A stretch of DNA of 64,000 bases from an uncultured delta proteobacterium (GTDB lineage: Bacteria > Desulfobacterota > Desulfobacteria > Desulfobacterales > JAHEIW01). The DNA is taken from the NCBI GenBank assembly GCA_963706575.1, contig CAVPNL010000004.1:288001-352000 (forward strand), read 5' to 3'. This document shows positions 52,209 to 63,180 of the stretch, one piece after another. Numbering within the stretch: position 1 is the stretch's first letter; each line of letters opens with the position of its first letter. The notes beneath the pieces are model-generated. The model ran no database searches. It was not told the origin of the DNA and saw only the letters and a program-made list of their open reading frames with translations. The position numbers and the translations under genes were made by a program.

Positions 52209-52599
52209 GCCAAATAATTTCAAATAGAAGGTTGACAATTCGGGGAAGATTTTATACCTGATCTGATTCCGGATTGCAACCTAAGCCATTGATATTATAT
52301 CATATTAAAATGGTAGGATATAATTGGCAATTGCAAAAGCGCCGATTCGACATTGAACCGTGGCGGCTTTGAGGGCTCAAATGGTCGCCTGACTGGAATT
52401 CATTTGTTGACTAAGGGTCGGAAATTTATTGAAATTTTTCACATGACCCGCCCGCGAATTTCGCGAAAATTCATTGACAAACACAGTGGAAGCGTATAGT
52501 TTGGCAGACTTTGCCAAAAATTCGTTAGCGTAAAATCTATTTTTGAATAACATACAATAATTACAAATATGTATTGAATTATCACAGGAGAAAGAATCA

Positions 52600-55500
52600 A
52601 TGCCAAAAGAAGTTATCGGATCGGTAATGGTCGTCGGAGGCGGTATTTCCGGTATGCAGGCAGCACTGGATCTGGCGGATTCAGGCTACTATGTCTACCT
52701 GGTCGAAAAGGGCTCATCCATCGGCGGCGTGATGTCCCAGCTGGATAAGACCTTTCCCACCAACGACTGCGCCATGTGAATTATTTCACCGAAACTGGTC
52801 GAGGTCGGCCGGCATTTAAATATCGAGCTCAAAACGCTCAGTGAAATTAAAGCGGTTAAAGGCAGGGCGGGTAACTTCCAGGTCGAACTGATGCGACACC
52901 CGCGCTATATCGACGAATCACTGTGCATCGCCTGCGGTGCCTGCGCTGAAAAATGCCCTAAAAAAGTTGTGGATCCCTACAACGCGGGGCTCGTCAAACG
53001 TAAATCCGCCTATGTCGAATATCCCGCAGGCAGTACCCTTGAAATATTGCATCGATGGAGACAGCTGCATTTACATCCAGAAAAAAAAATGCGGGGCCTG
53101 CAAAAAGCTCTGCCCCACCGGCGCCGTAGATTTTGACCAAACGGCCCAAAGCGAAACCCTGCAGGTCGGATCGCTGGTGCTGGCACCGGGTTTTTCGCCT
53201 TTTGATCCTTCAAAATTTGATAATTACCAGTATGCCAACCTTCCCAATGTCATGACCTCGCTGGAATTTGAGCGTATCCTTTCCGCATCCGGTCCGACAA
53301 TGGGGCATGTTACCCGTCAGTCAAAGGACAAGGGCGAGCCCAAAAAAATTGCCTGGTTCCAATGCGTGGGCTCCCGGGACATGAACAAATGCGATCACTC
53401 ATACTGCTCCTCGGTATGCTGCATGTATGCCATCAAAGAAGCCGTCATTGCCAAAGAGCATGTCGGCGATGACCTGGACTGCGCAGTCTTTTATATGGAC
53501 ATTCGCACCCCGGGAAAAGACTTCGAACGCTTTTACGACAATGCCCGGGAAAAACACGGTATCCGTTTTATCCGCAGCCGGGTGCACAGTGTTGATCCGG
53601 TTCTGGGAACCGACGATCTGGAGATACGTTACGTGACGGAAAGCGGCGAGACGGTCAACGAGATCTTTGACATGATCGTGCTGTCAATCGGGATGGAAAC
53701 CTCACCGGAAATCATCAAGCTTGCCAAAAAGCTCAGGATTGACCTGACGGAGGGTAATTTCTGTCAAACCTCCAGCTTTGCGCCGGTGGCGACATCCAGA
53801 AAGGGTATTTATGTCTGCGGTGCCTTCCAGGGACCCAAAGACATCCCTCAATCGGTCGTTGATTCCAGCGCGGCCGCAAGTGCTGCTGGAGAAATTTTGA
53901 CCGCTGCCCGCAACACGCTGACGAGCAAGAAAGAAGCGGTGCCCGAGGTCAATGTCGTCAACGAGCGACCCCGCATCGGCGTATTTGTCTGCCACTGCGG
54001 CATCAATATTGCCGGTGTGGTGGATGTGCCCGCCGTAGCAGAATATGCCGGCACCCTGCCCTACGTAGAATTTGCGACCGACAACCTGTATTCCTGCTCC
54101 CAGGACACCCAGGACGCCATTGCCAAAATTATCGAGGAGAAAAAGCTAAACCGTGTGGTGGTGGCAGCCTGTACGCCCAAGACCCATGAGCCGTTGTTTC
54201 AGGAAACTTTGATCAATGCCGGGTTAAACAAATATCTGTTTGAGATGGCCAACATTCGCAACCAGGACTCCTGGGTGCATAAGAACAACCCGGATCTGGC
54301 CACCAAAAAAGCCAAAGACCTGATCCGCATGGCGGTTCACAAGGTGGCTTTGATGGCCCCCCTGCAAGAAGCCGAACTCGAGATCAACCAGACCGCTATG
54401 GTCATCGGCGGGGGGATCTCCGGCATGTCTGCGGCCAGAAGCCTGGCGCGCCAGGGATATGAAACCCACCTCATCGAAAAAGACACCCAGCTGGGCGGGC
54501 AGGCCCGTCATATTTACCGCACGGCTTCCGGCGACAGTGTTCCCGAAAAACTGGCCGACCTGATCAATGAAGTCGAAAAGAATAAAAAAATTCATGTTCA
54601 TGTCGAAACCGAAATCAAGCAGGTGGACGGGTTTGTAGGGAATTTCGAGACCACCCTGGCGGTCAACGGAAACGAAGACATCCTTGAGCATGGAGTGGCT
54701 GTAATGGCCACCGGGGCATCGCCGTATCAACCCGATGAATATCATTACGGTAAGGATCAGCGCATTCTTACCAGCCTGGAGCTTGATCGCAAATTCATTG
54801 AAAATGACGCCACGCTGAAAGACCTGAACACGGCCGTCTTTATTCAGTGTGTCGGCTCCCGGGAACCACAGCGGCCTTACTGCTCGCGGGTGTGCTGTAC
54901 CCATTCGGTCGACAATGCTATAGAACTCAAAAAGCTCAACCCTGAAATGGATGTATTTGTTCTGTACCGGGACCTGCGAACTTACGGTGAGCGCGAGGTC
55001 CTGTACAAGAAAGCGCGTGAAGCCGGCGTGATTTTTATTCGTTTCAGTTTAGAGAACAAACCCGAAGTGATCAGCGAAGGCGACAGATTGTTTGTCAGAG
55101 TCATTGACCATGTCATTGGACGACCGGTGGAAATCGAAACCGATCTGATCAGCCTGGCAACCGCCATCCTGCCGAACAAGGCAGAAGAGTTAGCGACTTT
55201 TTTCAAAGTTCCGTTAAATGAGGACGGTTTCTTTGTGGAACGCCATGCCAAACTGGGGCCGGTTGAATTTGCCACCGACGGCGTATTTTTATGCGGCACG
55301 GCGCATTATCCCAAACCAATTGATGAGTCCATCGCCCAGGGACAGGCGGCCGCATCCCGCGCCGTAACGCTGCTGGCGCGGGAGACCATTTACACCAGCG
55401 GAACCATCGCAGAGACCAATCCCACCCTGTGCAGTGAGTGCGGTGTTTGTGTGTCGGTCTGCCCCTATTCAGCGCCCTCCTTTACCGAGGAGGGGCCTTT

Positions 55501-55645
55501 TGCCGGCAGAGCCCAGATTAATCCGGTACTGTGCAAAGGATGCGGACTTTGCGTGGCCTCGTGCCGATCCGGCGCGATTCATCTGAAAGGTTTTGACAAC
55601 GATCAAATTTTTGCGCAAATCTTTGCATTGAATAATGCAGTATGA
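52600..55645 (+). CDS. hdrA: Heterodisulfide reductase subunit A-like flavoprotein; selenocysteine at codon 60; one +1 frameshift near 53024
   Basis: VVGGGISG, KTFPTNDCAM-TGA-IISPKL, QCVGSRD, CSSVCC, 4Fe-4S motifs. Confidence 0.92.
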
Positions 55646-55754
55646 TAGTAGATTTAAGTTTGAGTACTGGTTGTTGAATGCTTGTGAGAAGTACTGCAAA
55701 GTCATCCAGCAGTGAGAAGCCAGTCGCCTGCAACCAGAAAAGGAGAATAAAAGC

Positions 55755-56186
55755 ATGTCTGAATGGGAACCTAAAATCGTAGCCTTTTTGTGTAACTGGT
55801 GCAGCTACGGTGCTGCCGACCTGGCAGGGGTTGGACGGATGGAATACCCATCCAACATACGGGTGGTTCGAATCCCCTGTACCGGAAGGATGGACCCTAA
55901 GTTTTTCCTGGCCGCCTTGCGTGAAGGCGCAGACGGCGTCTGGGTGTCCGGGTGACATCCCGGCGAATGCCATTACCTGGAAGGTAATTATTATGCCCGA
56001 CGCAAATTTGCGCTGTTTCAAAACCTGATGGAGCACATGGGAATTGAACCCGGCCGCCTGCAGTTTTCCTGGGTCTCCTCGGCGGAATCCACAAAGTTCG
56101 TCAGGGTGGTCACCGAAGTCACCGAGGCCATCAAAGACCTTGGACCCAATAAAAATTTAGTCAAAACCATGCCGAAGGTAGCTTAA
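55755..56186 (+). CDS. flxD: MvhD/FlxD [2Fe-2S] subunit; selenocysteine at codon 67
   Basis: [25 protein letters not shown]; frame stays open to TAA at 56186. Confidence 0.92.
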
Positions 56187-56187
56187 G

Positions 56188-57135
56188 ATGTTGAGTTACA
56201 TTGATAAAATAAAAGAAATTTCCATGCGGCTTTTAAAAGAGTGCCAGGTGGAAATAGTTATCGGGTTCCGCAAGGGAACCGTTCCGATGATGAATGAACC
56301 GCACTTCGCCAAATCTCCCGAAGCGGTTGAAGACTTCGTCTGGGACAGCAATTGCGGCATTAACCTGTGCAATTATCTCACGAATCGGGGTGAAAAAATT
56401 GCGATTGTGGCCAAAGGGTGTGATTCCCGCAATATCGTCACCCATATCATTGAAAATAAAATCAAACGGGATCAGCTCGTCATCATCGGAGTCCCCTGCA
56501 AAGGGATGATGGATAAGCGCAAAATTTCCGCCATGTTCGAGGAGGAGATTGGTGAAGTTATCGAAAACGAAAATAATATCACGGTTAAAGGCGATGGCTT
56601 TGAAAAAACGTTAGATAAGAAAGATGTGCTCCAGCAAAATTGCGCTATCTGCATTCACCGCAACCCGGTGATTTACGATGAACTGGTGGGAGAGCTTGTC
56701 GAAGAACAGGTCGATGTGGACCGCTACGCAGATGTCCGTGAAATCGAAGCCCTGGCGCCGCAAGAAAAAGCAGCATACTTTGAGAAACTTCTGGAACCCT
56801 GTATTCGGTGTTATGCGTGCCGCAATGCCTGTCCGCTTTGCTACTGCCCCACCTGCTTTACCGATGAGTCCCGGCCGCAATGGGTCGGCAAAGGCCAGGA
56901 CCTGACCGATGTGAGCACTTTTCACTTTTTAAGGGCTTATCATTGTGCCGGCCGTTGCACCGATTGCGGAGCCTGCGAGCGGTCCTGCCCGGTGAGCATT
57001 AATATGCGCGTCTTAACCAAAAAATTGGAAAAAGATTGTCTGGATCTTTTTGGCTGGGAGGCGGGCCTGGACCCCGATGTGAGACCGCCCCTGGACACTT
57101 ACAAGCCGGGTGATCCGGATGAGTTTATTAAGTAA
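56188..57135 (+). CDS. flxC: 4Fe-4S protein, FlxC-like
   Basis: CIRCYACRNACPLCYC, CTDCGACERSCP; operon position. Confidence 0.8.
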   Translation: MLSYIDKIKEISMRLLKECQVEIVIGFRKGTVPMMNEPHFAKSPEAVEDFVWDSNCGINLCNYLTNRGEKIAIVAKGCDSRNIVTHIIENKIKRDQLVIIGVPCKGMMDKRKISAMFEEEIGEVIENENNITVKGDGFEKTLDKKDVLQQNCAICIHRNPVIYDELVGELVEEQVDVDRYADVREIEALAPQEKAAYFEKLLEPCIRCYACRNACPLCYCPTCFTDESRPQWVGKGQDLTDVSTFHFLRAYHCAGRCTDCGACERSCPVSINMRVLTKKLEKDCLDLFGWEAGLDPDVRPPLDTYKPGDPDEFIK

Positions 57136-57254
57136 TTGGTGTTTAGTATTTAGTATTTGGGTTGAGTATTTGGTTTTAGTGTTTGGCAGATTTCCATAAA
57201 TAACTCATCCTAAACACAAAACACCAAACACTAAAAAACAAAGGTATTTTCATT

Positions 57255-58322
57255 ATGAAGATCGTTCAAATCGACAAAGAAAACTGGACGGATGGACTTG
57301 CAAAATTATCCGAAACCTATCGCCTTTTCGGTCCCGTCAAGGAAGATGGTTTCCATAATTTTAAACAACTCCATCAGGGGCAATTGCCGGATTTAAATTG
57401 TTTGAACACCCGTCTGTCACCCAAGTCGATCATCTATCCCCAAACGGAAGTGATGTTCGAATATTCCCTGGATGAAAACCAGGAAAACCATCACATCTTA
57501 AAAGAAGCCAACAAAGACTATTCACCGCAGGCGGTTATCGGAATCCGACCCTGCGACGCCAAGGCCTTTGCGCTGGTCAGGCTTAATTTCGACACCCCGG
57601 AGTACCAGGACCCGTATTGGCTCAAAGCCTATGAAGCCACAACACTGGTAGGCCTGGCATGCGAGTCGCCCTGCAGTTCCTGTTTTTGCACCACTGCCGG
57701 CTGTGGGCCCTATCATGAAGAAGAACTGGATCTGCTGCTGATCGATAACGACGATCAATACTGGGCCAAAGTCATCACCGATAAAGGGGAAGCCTTTCTG
57801 GCAGCCGCCGGATGGACCACGGCGCGGGACGCGCAAACCGCCCTGAAGGAAATCGAGGTTAAAAAGAAGGCCGCCGAAGAAAAAATATCCGCATTTGTGA
57901 AAACCGACAACCTTCGGGAAATTGAGACGAACGCGCTTTACAACGCACCCTTTTGGGAGGAGGTTTCCTTTTCCTGCATTAACTGCGGTACCTGTACCTA
58001 TGCGTGCCCGACCTGCTGGTGTTTTGACATTCAGGATGAGAACCGCGGCAATAGCGGCTGTCGTCTGCGCAATTGGGACAGCTGCATGTACCCGTTATTT
58101 ACCCTGCATGGTTCAGGGCATAATCCCAGAGACACCAAATTGCACCGGGTGCGCCAGCGATTTATGCATAAGCTAAAATACTATGTCGATAAATATGACG
58201 CCGGGATTCAGTGTGTGGGATGCGGCCGCTGCATTCGCCTCTGTCCGGTCAACATCGACATTCGCCGTGTTTGTGGATACATGAACAGCTTCGCCAAGTC
58301 AGCAGAAGCGTGTGAAGTTTAA
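57255..58322 (+). CDS. flxB: 4Fe-4S protein, FlxB/AsrA-like
   Basis: GIRPCD, CINCGTCTYACPTCWCF, CVGCGRCIRLCP. Confidence 0.82.
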   Translation: MKIVQIDKENWTDGLAKLSETYRLFGPVKEDGFHNFKQLHQGQLPDLNCLNTRLSPKSIIYPQTEVMFEYSLDENQENHHILKEANKDYSPQAVIGIRPCDAKAFALVRLNFDTPEYQDPYWLKAYEATTLVGLACESPCSSCFCTTAGCGPYHEEELDLLLIDNDDQYWAKVITDKGEAFLAAAGWTTARDAQTALKEIEVKKKAAEEKISAFVKTDNLREIETNALYNAPFWEEVSFSCINCGTCTYACPTCWCFDIQDENRGNSGCRLRNWDSCMYPLFTLHGSGHNPRDTKLHRVRQRFMHKLKYYVDKYDAGIQCVGCGRCIRLCPVNIDIRRVCGYMNSFAKSAEACEV

Positions 58323-58383
58323 AGGATTGAATATTTTTGATTGAATATTGAATAATCAATTTTCAATTTGTACGGGGGTTATT

Positions 58384-59229
58384 GTGCTAAATCCATATAT
58401 GCCGTATCCGGTTCGCATCGATAATATTACCGTTGAAACCGAAGATAAGAATCTAAAAACATTTCGCTTTGTCTTCTTAAACCCGGAAGATGAAGAAAAG
58501 TTCAGCTACCATGCCGGCCAGTTTGCCGAACTTTCAGTGACCGGAAAGGGTGAAATTCCCATCGGCATTGCCTCATCACCTTCGGAAAAGGGATTTGTCA
58601 TGTTCACCGTAAACAAAGTGGGCCTGGTATCTTCCTATCTGCACGCCATGAAAGAAGGCGACATAATGGGCGTTCGCGGCCCCCTCGGCAACTGGTATCC
58701 GTGGGAACAGATGGAAGGCAAAAATGTCGTCATCATCGGCGGAGGATTTGCCTTTACCACTCTGAGGTCTTCTATAATTTACATGCTGGATCCGGCCAAT
58801 CGATCAAAATTTAAGGATATTCACGTCATTTACGGCGCCCGGACACCGGGCATGCTGCTTTACTGGGACGAGCTGATCGAGTGGGAAAAACGCGATGACA
58901 TCAACATGCACATTACCGTTGACGGCACCGATGATCCCAACTGGAAGTACAACACCGGTTTCGTTCCGACGATGGCCGAGCAAAAAGCACCGCCCGGCGG
59001 TGAAGATACCTACGCGGTCGTGTGCGGGCCGCCGATCATGATTAAATTTACACAACCGGTTTTGGATAAGCTCGACTATTCCCATGATCGTATAATCATG
59101 TCCCTTGAAAACCGCATGAAATGCGGAATTGGAATGTGCGGCCGCTGTAATATCGGCAAAGAATTTGTTTGCAAGGACGGGCCGGTTTTTACACTTGCGG
59201 AATTAAACAAAACACCACGGGAGTATTAG
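58384..59229 (+). CDS. flxA: FAD/NAD-binding oxidoreductase, FlxA/AsrB-like
   Basis: RGPLGN, CGPPIM, MKCGIGMCGRC...CKDGPVF. Confidence 0.85.
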   Translation: MLNPYMPYPVRIDNITVETEDKNLKTFRFVFLNPEDEEKFSYHAGQFAELSVTGKGEIPIGIASSPSEKGFVMFTVNKVGLVSSYLHAMKEGDIMGVRGPLGNWYPWEQMEGKNVVIIGGGFAFTTLRSSIIYMLDPANRSKFKDIHVIYGARTPGMLLYWDELIEWEKRDDINMHITVDGTDDPNWKYNTGFVPTMAEQKAPPGGEDTYAVVCGPPIMIKFTQPVLDKLDYSHDRIIMSLENRMKCGIGMCGRCNIGKEFVCKDGPVFTLAELNKTPREY

Positions 59230-59369
59230 AACCCATCTTAAATTATTTTCATGTTGACAATGCTATGTCAATTACGATAAAAAGCTCATTTTATAATTGA
59301 GCCTAAAAGGCTGCGGCCGCAAAAGAATAAATTATTAATATATTAATTATTAAGAAGGAGGACGATTAA

Positions 59370-59687
59370 ATGCCAAGTGTAGAATTCATGGGAAAAGAGT
59401 TTAATGTCGACGAAGACGGATTTATCGATTCCTACGACAACTGGTGTCAAGAGTGGGTGCAATGGGTAAAAAATCAAGAGGGTATCGAGGAACTTAATGA
59501 AGAGCACCAAAAAGTAATCGAGGTTCTTCGCGAATATTATGAAAAAAATGGTATCGCCCCGATGGTTCGCGTTCTTTCGAAAGTTACCGGGTTTAAACTG
59601 AAACACATTTATGAATTGTTCCCATCAGGACCGGGCAAGGGGGCCTGTAAAATGGCCGGTCTTCCGAAACCCACCGGATGTGTCTAA
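59370..59687 (+). CDS. dsrC: DsrC sulfur-carrier protein
   Basis: VDEDGFI...LFPSGPGKGACKMAGLPKPTGCV with both C-terminal Cys. Confidence 0.95.
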   Translation: MPSVEFMGKEFNVDEDGFIDSYDNWCQEWVQWVKNQEGIEELNEEHQKVIEVLREYYEKNGIAPMVRVLSKVTGFKLKHIYELFPSGPGKGACKMAGLPKPTGCV

Positions 59688-59718
59688 TCACAAGATCGTG
59701 ACCGAATTTTCAATTTTT

Positions 59719-59751
59719 AAAAGGCCCTGCGGCGGATGCAGGGCCTTTTTT
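59719..59751 (+). terminator. Intrinsic terminator after dsrC
   Basis: AAAAGGCCCTGC-GGCGGAT-GCAGGGCCTTTTTT. Confidence 0.85.
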
Positions 59752-59753
59752 GT

Positions 59754-59980
59754 TAGAACCCATCTCAAAAATGTCTTTTGGTCCAATATCTTTGTTGGTG
59801 CCTCGCTTTAAATCCTCAACATACAACAGTATGCCTGCGGTTTACGACCCACAAAGAGGATTTAATCAGGCGGGAAGTCCAGCAACGCTGGAAAGCTCGG
59901 CCCCGCCGCGCGTGTCGCGGCGAAGCCTTTAGGCGAAGACGGAATCTTGAACCAAAATCCTATTTTTGAGGTGGGCTCTA
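59754..59980. mobile_element. MITE (partial inverted copy at 62216-62365)
   Basis: TAGAACCCATCTCAAAAAT...ATTTTTGAGGTGGGCTCTA TIRs. Confidence 0.8.
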
Positions 59981-59995
59981 AGGAGGTCCCCTATT

Positions 59996-60397
59996 ATGAT
60001 CCTCTCCGTCAAAACGTCGTCCCGCACAGAATTAATCGATATTACGTCTAAAATTGCAAAATTGGTAAAAGAATCCGGTGTCACTCAAGGCCTGTGCATG
60101 CTATATGTGCCCCACACCACCGGTGCGGTCACCATCAATGAAAGTGCCGATCCGAGTGTCAAAAGCGACATCCTGATGGTCTTAAATCAGATTATTCCCT
60201 GGGATGCAGATTACAAGCACATGGAAGGCAACTCAGCGGCTCATGTTAAATCTACCCTGGTCGGCGCATCGGAACTGGTGGCCATTGAAAACGGCGCACT
60301 GACGCTGGGCACCTGGCAGGGGATTTTTTTCTGCGAATTCGACGGTCCGCGAACGCGAAAGGTTCATGTTCGTATCACTGAGCAGCGCTTTGCATAG
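59996..60397 (+). CDS. yjbQ: YjbQ/UPF0047-family protein
   Basis: PHTTGAVTINE, GNSAAH, LGTWQGIFFCEFDGPRTR. Confidence 0.92.
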   Translation: MILSVKTSSRTELIDITSKIAKLVKESGVTQGLCMLYVPHTTGAVTINESADPSVKSDILMVLNQIIPWDADYKHMEGNSAAHVKSTLVGASELVAIENGALTLGTWQGIFFCEFDGPRTRKVHVRITEQRFA

Positions 60398-60541
60398 AAG
60401 TGGTTTCAAAACCCCATCTAAGGCCCAATGGCTGCGTTACAGGCCTCCGGTAAATGCTCACATACCCATGTATGCTGCGCTTTCCCGATCGGCCTGACGC
60501 CTTGCCCTTGAACCTGATCTGAGGTTTTTAAACCACTTCTA
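60395..60541. mobile_element. MITE whose end overlaps the yjbQ stop codon
   Basis: TAGAAGTGGTTTCAAAACC...GGTTTTTAAACCACTTCTA. Confidence 0.85.
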
Positions 60542-60714
60542 ATAAGTACAACATTCAGGACTCAGGGTTATCTGATTGCTGAATTTTAGCTTATCCGCAG
60601 ATTACGCAGATTACACAGATTAGTTTTATAAAATAAATGAGACACGGGCGAAATATTGGTATGTTTTGCCAGTGTTCGGGGGCTAATTAATAAAGGGTTA
60701 AGACAACATGAGGA

Positions 60715-61176
60715 ATGAACATGCCAGAGATTGATGATGTCGACAAGGCCATATTGAATCAAATCCAGTCCGGCTTCCCCATCACATCCCGACCCTACCG
60801 CACCATTGCCGAAGATTTGGGGTTATCCGAAGCAGAGGTTTTAAAACGCGTCTCTCGCTTAAAGTCGTCCGGCATTATCCGCCGGATTGGCGGCAATTTT
60901 AAGCCTGAAAAACTTGGATTTGTCAGTACCCTATGCGCCGCAAAAGTTCCCGAAGATAAGATCCTCCAATTTGCTGAAGTCGTAAACCGTTATCCGGGTG
61001 TAACTCACAACTACCGCCGGGAAAATACATTTAATATCTGGTTTACCTTTATTGCACCATCGATGGATGAAATTAATGCAAACCTCGAACAGATCGCCGC
61101 GGAAACCGGCGTAAGCGATATTCTCAATCTGCCGGCGACGAGGGTGTTTAAAATAAGAGCCGAGTTTAAAGTGTAG
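60715..61176 (+). CDS. ahbA: Sirohaem decarboxylase alpha subunit (AsnC/Lrp-like)
   Basis: IQSGFPITSRPY, GIIRRIG, STLCAAKV, VTHNYRR, NIWFT. Confidence 0.85.
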   Translation: MNMPEIDDVDKAILNQIQSGFPITSRPYRTIAEDLGLSEAEVLKRVSRLKSSGIIRRIGGNFKPEKLGFVSTLCAAKVPEDKILQFAEVVNRYPGVTHNYRRENTFNIWFTFIAPSMDEINANLEQIAAETGVSDILNLPATRVFKIRAEFKV

Positions 61177-61362
61177 TTTTCAGATGTCAAATCCAGGGGT
61201 TCAGAGATTCGGGGTTCAAGGATTTGTTAAATTAGTTTTATTTGTTTCATTGGTTGAATTGGTTGGCATAAACCGAACCAATTGAACAAATTAAACCAAT
61301 CAAACCAATTAAACAGATGGAACACCTGCCAGCAGGCTGACACCTGAAACCTAACATTGATT

Positions 61363-62166
61363 ATGAACGACATCCGTATAGCTGCTGTGATAATGAATTG
61401 TCCGGTTGGGCGGGTTGAGGACAACCTGGACCGCATGGCCGGCTGGATCCAGACCGCAAAGAAACGGGCGGCGGATCTGGTCTGTTTTCCGGAAATGAAT
61501 GTTACCGGTTACAGCACCCGTGAGGTAATCAAAGAGTCGGCGGAAACCGTGCCGGGAACAATCAGTCGATCGGTTTTAGCGCTGGCGCGGGAATTTAAGC
61601 TGGCCATTCTGGCCGGGTTGCTGGAAAAAGACGCTCGGGGCCGCGTGTTTGCCAGTCATCTGGTGGTCACACCGCGGGGGGTGGCCGGCATCTATCGCAA
61701 AATCCATATTGCCCCGCCGGAGACCGATGTATTTTCGGCGGGCGATACCATCGCGCTGTTTAAAATCAAGGGGGTCAAGCTGGGTATCCAGCTATGTTAT
61801 GATGTGCATTTCCCCGAGCTCTCAACCCGCATGGCCACCGATGGTGCCGATGTGATTTTTATGCCCCACGCATCTCCCCGGGGCACGCCTACCGCTAAGT
61901 TTAATTCCTGGATGCGCCACCTGCCTGCCCGCGCTTTCGATAACGGCCTGTACGTGGTGGCCTGCAACCAGACCGGAAACAATCAGAGCGGCCTCAACTT
62001 TCCGGGGGTATCCGTTATTCTTGATCCTGCCGGTCGAATCATCAAAAAACATACCGGCGGAAAAGAACATATGATGGTTGCTGATCTAAAAGCCGATGAA
62101 TTAAAAAAGGTCAGGGGCCACCGCATGCGCTATTTTCTTCCCAACCGCCGCCCCGAATTGTATTGA
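61363..62166 (+). CDS. Carbon-nitrogen hydrolase (nitrilase family)
   Basis: FPE, YRKIH, LCYD catalytic triad motifs. Confidence 0.92.
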   Translation: MNDIRIAAVIMNCPVGRVEDNLDRMAGWIQTAKKRAADLVCFPEMNVTGYSTREVIKESAETVPGTISRSVLALAREFKLAILAGLLEKDARGRVFASHLVVTPRGVAGIYRKIHIAPPETDVFSAGDTIALFKIKGVKLGIQLCYDVHFPELSTRMATDGADVIFMPHASPRGTPTAKFNSWMRHLPARAFDNGLYVVACNQTGNNQSGLNFPGVSVILDPAGRIIKKHTGGKEHMMVADLKADELKKVRGHRMRYFLPNRRPELY

Positions 62167-62530
62167 TTGAAAAGCCCTAAGCTCCCTGCGCCGGCAATCA
62201 ACCGGCGCCCTTGTTTAGTACCCATCTCAAAAATAGGTTTTTGCTTCAAGATTCCATCTTCGCCTAAAGGCTTCCGTCTTCGTTAACCGCCGTCGCTATA
62301 GCTATGGCGGTCAAGAAACTTCGACGGGACAGGTCGCCGGGACACGCGCGGCGGAGCCAAGTTTCTAATGCTGCAGCCTATACAACAACACGTAATATAA
62401 AATGAATACCGCAGGTTTTTGAATTTGTTAAAAGTGCCGATTAGTTGGAGCTGTACGAATAAAAGGCAGAGCCATTGCTGGCCCTGCCCTTGTGTGTAAC
62501 TTATCCACCACAATTTAAATTATTGGTCAA

Positions 62531-62827
62531 TTATCCTTTTAAAGCTTTTATCATATCATTCACTTGGCTTTCTGTTGCTATCGGAATAACCTTGAAAGTG
62601 CAAAATGGTACGTACTGCTGGAGAGAACTCATCACTTCCAACTCAGTACCTTCATTTATAGCATATCCATTGGATTCACCAACAAATGATCCCCAGTCCT
62701 TTGTTATTCCTTTTTCGATGTCTTGCCTGACCATTGCCATCAACATACCCCAGCCTTCACCTCGCTCTTTTGGATCAACCGGAATTTGCGTTTGTACCAC
62801 TTCCCAGAGAACAAGATATTTTCCCAT
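62531..62827 (-). CDS. Hypothetical protein (DUF3303-like)
   Basis: MGKYLVLWE...KDWGSFVGESNGYAI; GGA RBS. Confidence 0.7.
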   Translation of the reverse strand: MGKYLVLWEVVQTQIPVDPKERGEGWGMLMAMVRQDIEKGITKDWGSFVGESNGYAINEGTELEVMSSLQQYVPFCTFKVIPIATESQVNDMIKALKG

Positions 62828-63180
62828 GACTTTTTTCCTGCCTTTTTTAATGGGTGAGCATAATTTGCACGGTAATTTATTGGAATCCCCCAACAGGATA
62901 TAAAATCCCGTCAGGAGCCTGGCATGCATAATTTTAGTGGTTTCTCCATTGAATCTTTACCTGATTATTAGGTTAAATTTTAATGGAAACCAGTATCTAT
63001 TTCAGAGGGAAAATAACTTTTAGATTGGGAATCCGTTCAATGGGTAAGCAGGAATTTCAGAAAAGAAATTATGAGAACTAACAGTGAGTGTGAGAATCAG
63101 CTCCAATCGAGCACAATGTTAAATTTCAAATATTACAGGCACCATTCAATGTCAATGAAATTCAAAAACCGATACATTGA

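Noticed and set aside
52425..52445. Rex operator upstream of hdrA
   Set aside because: Only one half-site (TTCACA) matches, which is insufficient support.
53015..53035. Frameshift in hdrA as programmed recoding or pseudogenisation
   Set aside because: One extra C in a short C-run with no slippery heptamer. Similar single-base indels occur near 10165, 10750 and 40900 and densely at 28-30.5 kb, so assembly error is more likely.
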